Origin: Bugula neritina
Taxonomy: Eukaryota; Animalia; Bryozoa
Direction of reading: 5' to 3'
Length of the DNA stretch: 64,000 nt
Assembly: GCA_964035545.1 (NCBI GenBank)
Contig: OZ037769.1
Coordinates: 8,289,929 to 8,353,928 of the forward strand
Shown here: positions 38,459 through 49,580 of the stretch, in pieces
Position numbering within the stretch: the stretch's first letter is position 1
Layout of the letters: every line of letters starts with the position of its first letter
The notes under the pieces: model-generated
Databases searched by the model: none
The model's input: only the letters and a program-made list of their open reading frames with translations
Told to the model about the DNA's origin: nothing
Program-made: the position numbers and the translations under genes

Positions 38459-41444
38459 TCAAGTGTGATCTGAAAGAGTTCAACAGTGTAAATGGTTATA
38501 CACTAAAGTACCGCCGGCGTATACAGCCTGGCAGGTGTTCTGTTCAGTTAGACACTCGTGAGATTCAGGCTAATGAATAGTTGATCAAGAGCACACACCG
38601 CTATGGTAGACCACTAGGGTCTCTAAGTCAATGTGTACTCCCACCACTATTTTCATTATCGAATCTCCAGCTCGTTAACTGGTACAGTTAGAGCTGACTG
38701 ATGTAGTTTAGTTCTCGTACCAAAACAAAACTAACTCACCCCTCGAGCCAGAATAGTAAGACATTTTGAGTGAGAGTGGTAATGATTACTGTTTCTAAGT
38801 ACGTCTACTCTTGACTGCATCAGCATAAGAAAAGAATGAACAGCGTGGTTGTAAAACAAAGCTAGGACTTTTTGTTTCCGGCGCATGAATCTCGTGCGTG
38901 ATTCAGCCGAGGCAAAAGTTGATATTTCCGTGGTGTTCATAACTCCCACGTCTTTTTGCCCGTCTCCCTGTGCGGTACCTAGTAAGGTCTTTGTACCTGC
39001 CGCAGATGGTGCGGTCACGTACTAAGTCCTTTCGGTATGCTGGGGGTTGCCTAGTGTACTGTCCTGGAGGTGTGGTCACTGTTGGAGGCGGTGTGCTCAC
39101 TCGTGGATGGTTACGCCTCGCGAGTTGTACTTCCGGCCTGTCTGTGACAGTTGTGGTTTCTCTAGTGTCTCTATACGAAGCCCCTCCCGCGGGGGGTTTT
39201 TGCACTTCCGGATCTGTAAATGATCCTGGAAGTGGTGGCGGCAGCCTTGGTGCTGGAGGCGGTAGGCGCGCTTCCAAAGATGGAAGTGGCCTTTCCTGCC
39301 TCGCCACAACTCCTTGGGGTGTCATGGACATGATTTCGACTAGGTCGACAGCCTCCGCCTGCCAAGGCCCGTCTGCATTTTGCGTCTGCCGTCCCGCATC
39401 ACTAGGGGGACGGCCATGCTTGTTGGCCTGGCAGGTTTCGCACTGTCTCACTCGGCGTCGTACATCACGCTCCATGTTGGGCCAGTACCACCGGAGTTGT
39501 AACTTGGTGAGCACACTCTGGACTCCTGCGTGAGCCAGTTGGTGGGTGTCCCGTATCTACTCTCGGCGGTTGGCAGTTGGGCAGACCACCCTCTCCTTTG
39601 CTGGTTGTCCGTGGTTGGCGGCCAAAGACATGGTCAGCAGACCATCCGGCCCGATCCGCAGTAAGTTCCAACGTTGACAGTTCAGCCGTAACTCGGCGCA
39701 TCCCTGCCTCTGTTGTTTGTCACTGGGTTGTTGCCTTTCCTGTTTGGCTCGGTACACATCGGCTACCACCCCCGGAAAGTTTTCCTGGAGATGTCATTGC
39801 TCCCTGACGCCACCGGTCCAGAGAGGTTTGGCGCGGAGGTTGTGTACTATCTCCGGGGGCATGCCAGCCCTCTGTTGGAGTTGACTCTGGTTCCAGTCAT
39901 ACTCAGTTTCTAGAGAGTTCTGTTTGTCCGGCTTGGACGGCGGGGAACCCCTGCCCTTTCTCCTAATGGCTCTTCGAGTAGGGGCAGTCTCCGCAACCAG
40001 TGGTGCTTCATGGCGCACAGCCCTATTTAGGCTGTAAACATGGTCTCCCTGGTGGTGCTTGTGTAGAAACTTGGCTTTACTCTGGCGCTCTCCGTTGCCT
40101 ACACAGCCATCCGAATATCCGCCACGCGTCCCAGAGTGGTATGGGGCGTGGTGCGGGGCGGTCCTCCGCCCTTCAGATGAGTGCTGCCGATGACTCTCCG
40201 TCGTGGTTTCCCGCTGTCTTCTTCTTGAACAGAATGGAAGCGGCCCAGTGTAGAGCCGGACGCTAAGTTTACCGACTCCGGGAAGGGGTTGATACACTGC
40301 ACCCAGATCTTTCCTCGTTTTGTCAGCTAGTTAAGACTGCGGGCGAGTTGGATTCTAGCGTGCGCACTTTTAACAACTCCCAACCTAAAGAGATAGCCAC
40401 CGTCCACTTTACAGTGAATGGTGGCCCGGAAGTGGCCGGGTATAGTAAAGCTCCGTACTACCAGTACCTCTCCCGCTAGGGAACGGCCAAAGTTATCAAC
40501 ACAGGTGAGCTCCCTATCCCCCATTAGCATCGCAGATTTACTGAAATCGATGCGACACCCGTGTCGTTGTAAGAATGGCATCCCAAGGATAACATCCTCG
40601 TTGAGCTGTCTGGCAATGAACGTCTCCTGGATGGTCTGGTCGCAGATGCGTCCATTAACCTCAGAAATATCATAGAAGGGAATGCACGACCTGTCTGCTC
40701 GGGTGCCATAATCCCCTTCGTATGGTTCCAGCCCCCTCCTGATCGTAGCGCCGAGTGTGTCAAAGAATTGACGGCTCAGGAGAATGGTGGTGCAGCCTGA
40801 GTCAAGTAGGAAGTTGGCAGGCTTGCCAGCTATCTTTCCTGGTAGGAAATAGCTGCTTCCATGGGGCTGCATCCGTACCTGCCGTGGCTGCACCTCCCTC
40901 ATCACAGGTCCAGGAATTGGTGATTGGTGACGACCGTGAACCAGCTGCGGGGGGTAAAACGACACGCCTCGGGGCGTCCGTGTTGCTTTCCTCGCAGGCT
41001 CTACAATCCGCAGTCTGTCAAATCTGTTGTGGAGCGGCACAGAGAACACAGGTGGCGAGTGGCTGGAACTGCCCACTTGCCATGTTGGTGGCAGTTCCAT
41101 GAGGTTGCTGAGTGGTGCCCAGCGTGGCGGCCACTACTTTGTTCTCCCTTGGGAATTCACCGGCGGCCCGCAGGAGGTGGAGCATCTGCGCGCCACGGTA
41201 ATTTAACCCCGGCTGAGGTTGAAGACAGCTCTTCTGGAAGTGTCCAGGCCTTCCGCATTCTCAGCAGAAAGGGTGCCCCGTACCTGGTGACTGTGCCGGC
41301 GGCCCGCTAGGCTCACGGGCGATGTCTACCTGGTTTGGGGGGGCTAACGTAGAGACCAGTTTGGCTAGCATGTCGATCATTTGAGCGACCTTCAATGCTA
41401 CCGTCATCTGTGTCACGTTAGCCACCGCTGGAGTAGTGAGTAGC

Positions 41445-42204
41445 TACACAGGATAGTTAAGGGCATCCTCACTAAGAATATCATAAATTTCTCTCAAAAT
41501 GTAGTTCAGGTTCTTGAATAATATTGCTCTGCGGGTGGCATGCGTGTTGCCTACTTGTAATTGTTTAGCCTAAGATTAAACTACAGCCAATGAGCAGCAA
41601 CCTTCATTAGGGCTGCGTTATCTATCAACATTACATTATGGGTGCTACATAAACAAAGTACAAAGCGAGCTATTCATAATAGCCTGCCAGCTAGCAAGCC
41701 TATAATTAGCATGTACGCGCCAATATCTTCTCATCCCTACGTGCTCATTGAAGCGTGAAGCACTGCGCGCTGCTAGTTTCTTATGAAAAAATATGGCATT
41801 TTCAGTGTATAAATCACCAATTTATGGGCAATCTAGCAGAGTTATTGGAAAATGAAAAAAAGTTGCACTGGAGAAATATCTCAGGATTCTAGCAATGTAA
41901 TTTTTATTCAGATATCATGTTTTGCTGCTGAGATATTTTACTGGTACTGAAAAGTCAGCTTTTCAGGCAAAATTGGCCAAAATCGGGCAGTTTTTTGTCT
42001 ATAACTTTGCAAAAAAAATGAAAATTGAAATTTCCAAAAAAGTTGCACTGGGGAAAAACAAGATCTACAACATAGTTTTTAAATTTTGACTCTAGCACAA
42101 TTAGGTGAGATTTTATTTTACTGGTACTGAATTCTTATATGATTACAATGCAAACCTCAGCAAGGCAGTTGCAGCTAAAAAGTTGCCCTTAACTATCCTG
42201 TGTA
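41445..42204. mobile_element. MITE with 21-bp perfect TIRs inserted in the Gypsy gag region
   Basis: tacacaggatagttaagggca ... tgcccttaactatcctgtgta; direct repeat agtgagta on both flanks (offset by 2 nt on the left). Confidence 0.85.
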
Positions 42205-42598
42205 AGTGAGTATAAGGGTGAATGGTGATGAATTGTCCTGTGCCACTGTATGCAAAAGTGTGTAATAAAAAAATGATCAAAACGCTACATTTATTATCCA
42301 CAATAAAGTGCAATACAAACATTACATCAATTTACAGTTAACATTAGTCATTCACTTCGAGTCCTCGCTCAGAACAACGTGATAATTGCTAATTAACCCG
42401 GGAATTGTCACTGGACAGGAAGCTCGCCTACCGGTTCTTTCTATTGGACGGTACAGTATGGTCTTTAGTATTCCCCAAAAGGAGAGGAGATGATCCCATA
42501 TTATTATACTGGGTAACCCATTACAATAATATTAATAACAAAAATTATCTTTAATTAATGAATATACTCAAACACAAAATATATAACAAACCCCAAAG

Positions 42599-42726
<128 letters not shown>

Positions 42727-42729
42727 AAA

Positions 42730-42941
42730 ATAACTCACGCAAGTTTAAAGTCGCTATCCCTGCGAGAAACCCTTGATGGAAAGGGTTTTTGTTAGAACGG
42801 GCTAAAGACTTGTTCAAATGAGGCACAGGAGCAATGATGATTGGATGCTCTTCCTAACATCACCAATGGCCTTTGCCAGGGTTCGAACCCACGACTTCGT
42901 GTTCACAAAGCGAACGCTTTAACCCCTAGACCACGGCTGCT

Positions 42942-42944
<3 letters not shown>
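42730..42944 (-). mobile_element. Full-length tRNA-derived SINE inserted in (TA)n
   Basis: Minus strand: A-box TGGTCTAGGGG, B-box GGTTCGAACC, then body ttggtgatgttaggaagagcatcc...; other copies at ~18041 and ~24861, and a related one at ~60200. Confidence 0.85.
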
Positions 42945-42980
<36 letters not shown>

Positions 42981-43750
42981 TTAAGTGCACTGTTTAAGAT
43001 ACAGAACAGCGGATCGTGTATTGTTTACACACCAATCCATATTAGATAATAATTAACATTTAATTCGCATCAATATAATCATCTATTATATATAACAGTT
43101 TTGTACATGTTGAAAGAACATATAAATATTATATACTATAGTTTTATACATAAAATTATCACAAGTAAATTAGACAACAATGTTTTATAAAATAGCATCC
43201 AATTGAGGTTACTTAAATTGTTCTTCAACAATAGTTTGATATTCATATGTTCGTATTGTTAGAATAAAAATTGTTGACAATTATATTAGTTTAACATTTG
43301 AATTGTTACTAGAAAATTTGTTTATTTGATGTAAAAAAGTCATTTTGCAGTTACTCAATGTAAGATAAGATACCGCAGCTACATTCACCGGTTTACCTCT
43401 AACTATCAGCAGGGAGTGTGTAGATAGTAAAATTTGACAGCTGTCAGAGCTGCTAATTTCTAGCATTGTGATAGTATATTGAGGTATGTATACAACTGTT
43501 TGATTACTCTATATGCGAGTAAAATATGTCAATACATAATTTTCACAAAGATATTTACACATTAGTTTTTCCTTTACTTTAATGCATCTTTAGAGTTGCT
43601 CTGCTGCTCGAAGAAGCCTAAACTGGTTATATACTAGGACAGGCTAGATATTAGTTTTTGTCCTAATTTCTTTAGACCCAATAGTTTTTACTTTCTGGTG
43701 TTTGATACGTTGAGCTGACTAGGTGAGGGACTGAAAATAGAAAAGCTTTT

Positions 43751-43853
43751 GTAGTGTTGAGTTTACCCAGTGGCCTCCATGATGTAATGGTAGCACACTT
43801 GCTTGCAAGCCAGAGGTCTCGGGTTTGACTCCCAGTGGTGGCAATTATTTTAC
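43751..43853 (+). mobile_element. 103-bp tRNA-derived insertion with 7-bp TSD (AGCTTTT)
   Basis: Absent at the paralogous site (~2278). tRNA-Ala-like core with B-box-like GGTTTGACTCC. Confidence 0.75.
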
Positions 43854-46800
43854 AGCTTTTTAATGCACATAATTATTTTTCAGTCTTTTTTTTTAAAACA
43901 GAAAAAATAATATTATAGGTTTAGCTGCTGCAATCCTGTTCCAAGGCATATACATTTTCTCCATGTTATTCACAATTTCTTTCAAGTTTTTTAAATAATT
44001 TTTCTATATAAGTTTGTATTTTAAAGACATGTAAAGCCAGTCAACTAATGAAAGACATGCTATTCATCAAATCCAACAAAATACCCAGAATAAATGATAT
44101 AATAGTTTTAAAGTCGGATTGAGTAGCACCCTTCTGACTCAGTGTTATAACTGCATTGCTGCGTTGGTATCATTTTCACCAGTTCAATATTTTATCATTT
44201 TCATCTTATAACTGCTTTTTTTAACAACACCCTTTAGCTAATATTCCTTTTTCTCCCATAGTTGGTTACTCTTTTACGAAGCTACTTTCTTGTGAAATTT
44301 ATCATTTTTGTTGTATACTGGTCCATCCATATACAACAAAAATTAGTGCTAATACTCAGGGCTCTTTTAGTCCAGTCTAGAAAATACATTAAAGGAAGTC
44401 CAACTTGACTTTAAAAAGCAAAGCCTTTTTCTCTGTTATTATTCAGTATTAGTAGCAAAAGTGGATCAATTCGTGGTAACTCGCCAGGTGTTTGAAGTAT
44501 GACCAAGTTTCAAACACATTCATTTTTAGAAGTTATAGTAAAAACACTTATTAAAGCAAAACAGTTAAAAAACGTGTCAATTTTTATTGGATAAATTTTT
44601 GAAAAATTTTAACTATCAACGGTCACTTTGAGTGTCAAAAGTCTGACATTCATTGGAGCAGGAGAAGGCTGGGTGTTTCCATTTTGAGTTGATGTTACAT
44701 TTGTTTAAGTATTTGATCCTGAGCCAGTATTATATTTGTTTGAGTCTTTTTATTCACAGTTGATCTTGAAACCGTTTAGGTTTGGGTTTCTCTAAACTTT
44801 ATATTGTTAAGATTATAATAGTCTGTTGTGAGATGATGTCCTAAATACAATATGCTTTATTCAATCTCCTATAATAGATGTACATATTCATAGATAATAG
44901 TACTTAAAAATAACTTATAGACACTTGAAGGGCTGACTTTGGTTTTTCCAACACAAAAATATTTGTCTAAATTTTTCAACAAAAGCGCTAGTTATAGTAA
45001 AAGCGGAAACTTTTAAGTTCCCACAAACAGTAAACATTCTGCATGATTATATTATAGTTAGCTGGAGTAATGACAAAAATTTGTATTTTTGTGCAAGATA
45101 AATATCTTACTAAAAATTATAAATTTTTTAGATGTTATATATAAATAATATAATGAAATTATATTTGGCAGTTTAGACTAGTGAATTATTACTATTCTGC
45201 ACCTACAATATTGTTATTACTAGTATAAGTGTTCACTGTTGTTGCTATTTCTTGAAATGATATTATTTACTAGTAGTTATAATAGTTATACTGTTGAACT
45301 AATGAATGTGATACAATAACCATATGCTTAACCAGGTCTTTTAGGTTAAATATGCTGTTCAGAATACAGAACAGCCGAGTGTATAATAATTAACAATCCA
45401 TATCGAACAATAATTATAATGTCATAATGTCATTATATATAGCAACATTGTACATGTTAAAAGAGAATTTACCAGATGCTGCATACATGAAATTAACAAA
45501 AGTGAAGCTGTAAGCAAGAATAGTTTATAAAATAGCATTGGGTTGAAGTCATTTCAGTTATCCTTCAACAATGGCTTAATACTCATATGCTTGTATTGTT
45601 GCAGTAGAAATGTTGATAATAATATTAGTTAGATATTTGAACTGTTATTAAAAAACAACTTTATTTAAAGTAAAATAAATAATTTTGCAGTTAAATAACG
45701 TGAGATAAGATACTGCAGTCACATTCACCTATTTACCTTTGAATTGTCTTCTGATGATTTAACTATCAGCAGCAGAGTATGTGGATAATAGAAGGTGACA
45801 GCTGCCAGAGTTGGTGTATGTGGCCATGTGCAAACTTTAAGCATAAGGATAATATATAAAGGTATACATGAAAGGATGCTTAATTATGTGTTTAAAAGTA
45901 AAATATATCAATACCCAAAAAAAACATAGTCTAATCTTAGCTGTTAAAACTGTGTTCCTGAGCATATTCATTTTTTTCAGTTTTTTTCACAACTTCTTTC
46001 AATGTTTTGAAATGATTTTTTTATATAAACAATAAGTGGCAAACATTTGCTATGCTCTTAAGTCTGTTTTTAAAACAACTTATTAAAGGCAAGTGTTTCA
46101 TCAGCACCATATTCTGACTCGGTGTCACAACTGGCTTGCTGTGTGTGTATCATTTTCACCAGGTCAGCCGCAATATTTTTTTCAATCTACCACTCTTTTT
46201 ATAGCAATTTACCCTATATAGCTTTTTGCTACATTTAATATCTCTTCTACTCCAATATAGTTGGCTAATTTTTCATTAAAATTTTTTCTGTCGCGATTTA
46301 ATTTAATAAAGACGTTTATAAAAATAAGTTTTAGCTGGGAGCTTTGTTTCAAATCCCACTGCCTTTTTGATAAAGATATCTTTGCCATGTCAAATGTGTC
46401 TTGTGACTAATATTCTTCAACTACTAAACTCAATCTATGTCATTCTTAAAGTATCTTCATGTTATGATTTTATATACAGTATTTAACTAAAACCACACAA
46501 ATAGCTAAATATAATAATTATGTATGCATTGGTTTATTACGTAACAATTCCCTTTCAAGCTATAATATAAAAACTAATAATTAAAAATGCCTTATTTTTC
46601 TTATGTGGTTTGAGCACTTAGCCAAAAGGATGTTCTGTAAGTATATAACCCTTTAATTGACCAAACCAATCTTTGAAAGCTCACTTTTAAATACAACATG
46701 TAAAAATTTCATTTATCGAGTGAATGAATTCTACAGCTTTATTTTCTGAAATGTTACAAGTTAGAAGCTCTGTACATGTTTTGCTGATAAACAGTGGTAT

Positions 46801-47912
46801 TTTTAATTTTGGATCACATATACTACTTTAAAGGATGCCCCATTTCTGTACCTCATATCCGCTTTTAATGTGCTAATAACTTCTATTTCTATCTTTTCTT
46901 GGTCTCCTGAAATAGTGTCAGGTTTGTTGAGGTTAACATGCTTTAGCCATGCTTCAGCACAGCTCATCACAGTGTTTTCTGCACCACTTGCTACCTTGAA
47001 TAGTGTGTCATGGCCATTTACAAAAGATTCTGCTGTTCAGGAGTCAACTAGACCTATTTTTAGTTTGCCAGTAAGCTGGAGATCATCCTATTGATTTTTT
47101 ATTTCACTGACAACTTTAGACCCACCGCCTTTACAATATTGGTCCTTTTCATGATATTTGTGCCACACTGCCTTTTAGCTGCATGCACAGTCGCCTTTCG
47201 AATGCCCATTTTTCCCAGTTCTGTTTTACTAGAGGTACTAGCATGGAGCAGACTTTCATTTTTCTCCAATTTGCTTTATTGACTTATAGTGTCTTTTGGG
47301 ATAATCTTTCCTTCCAGAGAAATTTTTTTAATTTATTTGTACTGACAGTCACTACGTTTATATATGCGACTGTGAAAAGGCACTATAGCTCACTTTTTAC
47401 TAGATATTAAGTTTGTTTACTAAACACAGTTTTTCTTTGATTAGCTGGCAGTTTTGATAATGTACTGCATCAACATTTTTCTATAACCTTGTCTACTGAC
47501 TTTACCACTGTAGAAGTGACCTCACTGCTTCTACCGATTTAAAATAAGTGCTCAAAGCTCAAGGTGTTATAACCTTGTGATATTATTTTTTTTTACTTTT
47601 TGCATTATCCCATATCAACCCAAGACGATTCTGTGTCTAAGTATCTCATTTAATGGAGCTGTTGCGTCAGCATTACCCCTTCGGTAGTTAAATTTTTATT
47701 TGGCAGTTAATGACTTCAATTCTGCATAAAAGGTATTTAAAGTCACTTCTGTGAGTTGATCCTCGTATTGTGCTTGTACCTATCATGCACCACATTATTC
47801 TCTCTAATGCAGTGCTGGTCCAAAGTATTAGTATGAACTCAAGTCTTTGAGCTCCCTCATACTTTGCAGACGAGTCTACAATTCTAGCTGCACCATCACC
47901 TACTGTTTATAG

Positions 47913-48429
47913 CAGGGTTGAGGCAATTGTAATTGTAATTGGTTGTAATTAATTGTAATTTTTCAAGTAATTTAATGTAATTTGTAATTGATGTTAATTG
48001 TAACTGTAATTAATTGCATAGCCAATGTAATTGATTTTTCCAACTACTTAATAATTACATAACAAAGACTTCAAATTTTCAAATCTTATACAATTCCTAC
48101 CATGCATGCCTACTAGTTATTAAAAAGTTCATACCAATAATATGTAGTTTTGTATCATCCTACTAATCACTGTGGAGAACAAAGGAGGTTTACCATTGTC
48201 AGAACTGCCCTAAGTAGTTGGACCTCAGAAGTGACATCATATAACTTTTATTTGTCTCCTGTGAAAACAAAAGTAATTGTAATTGTAATTAATTACATTG
48301 CCGTGTAATTGTAATTAAAAATATTTAGATTAATTTTAACTGTAATTATAATTGCAATTGCAATTGACAAATTTTCATTTAATTTTAATAGTAATTAATT
48401 ACTACCATATGTAATTGACCCCAACCCTG
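47913..48429. mobile_element. Non-autonomous hAT element with (GTAATT)n subterminal repeats
   Basis: TIR cagggttg...caaccctg; 8-bp TSD gtttatag/gtttttag (7 of 8 match). Confidence 0.85.
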
Positions 48430-49580
48430 GTTTTTAGTAGCAATGCTTTCTGGGCACCTAATGACTATACTTAGGTGCCTAGATAAATTTTCTCATGACT
48501 TCAATGTACTTTTGAGTTCTTGAAAATTCACCTCTGTATCTGAATCAAGGCATGGAAGCTAAATCTTGGGTATATTCTCAAACACTAAAACTGCCCTAGG
48601 AGCTGTTTATCTGTTTTCTGCACCCATTCTTTTTAAACTACTGCGGCTGCCAAGTATGATATTTTATATTGTGAAAAGAAAAATTGAAATAAATAATTAT
48701 TTATAATGATATAAGATATTTTTTCCTTGTTTTACTTTTGATATTTTTAATTGTGATGCCATTGTTATCGTGGCTAAATATATCATAATACATTCAGGAA
48801 TTTCGATGATTTCAATAACAATTTAAAAATCAGAGCATAAGACAATGCCATGGTTTCTAATAAAAGTTAAAAATTTTGCTGACCAGCAGAGGTTAGCAAT
48901 AAAAAAGAAAACTCGCTTTCACAGTTGAGCATATATAGATATTAAAATAGATACTGAAATTTTTGAATAGACATTAAAATACCATAATTCTTTCAATGTA
49001 AGATTTTAAAGACACTGGACATGGACACGGACAGTATTTTTTAGGTGAACAAAGTAAAGCAAATTTTTAACATGAGCCACACTAAAGTGATATATGTTAG
49101 TTTTTATCCACAGTTAATTATCTTGTTGATTCCTCACTTTTACCTAGAAAAAAGAAGTCAAATTTCAATTTATTTGAGTTTGTTTATGGGGTCAACATAT
49201 AATATATATCTAGTTTTTCTAATATTATATATAGATATATAACCCATTTTTTTAAATTATCTTTTGAGTGGGAGCAAAAACTATTTTCATCAATATAAAA
49301 GTATATTGTATTATAGATCACTGAAGCAAATAGCCCGCTAAATACATAGCTGCATATTACAGAAACTAACTTTTATTAACACACTGTTTATTATTACTGA
49401 ATAATTAATAGGCTTCTTTCGGTAATTTTCAAAGAAACATAAATAACTCTTCTTGTTGAATAAATAAACCAAAACTTTGCTAATTGAATTAGAAAGTCGT
49501 TTAATACAAGTTGCATAAGCTTATTAAAATTAAAACTTTTAAGCTGCTGTGCTCTTCTGAGACAGTTGTTTTCCTCAAAC

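Larger units (their letters stand above)
37021..42525 (-). mobile_element. Internally deleted Ty3/Gypsy LTR retrotransposon with an extra 3' ORF
   Basis: LTR homology between 37117-37366 and 42291-42525; PPT AGGGGAGG at 37374-37367. Gag knuckle C*ECGRPGHFQKSC (~41230-41270), protease FLLDSGCT (40327-41100 ORF), integrase HAG...YWP...CETC. RT core, RNase H and integrase core are missing. TSD not clean. Confidence 0.88.

Noticed and set aside
42870-42944. Functional tRNA genes (here, 23243 and 43770)
   Set aside because: Acceptor and anticodon stems are imperfect and the sequences are heads of dispersed repeats.
44389-45160. Kolobok-like element starting TTAAAGG
   Set aside because: I could not find a matching right TIR or TSD, so it is not supported as a feature.
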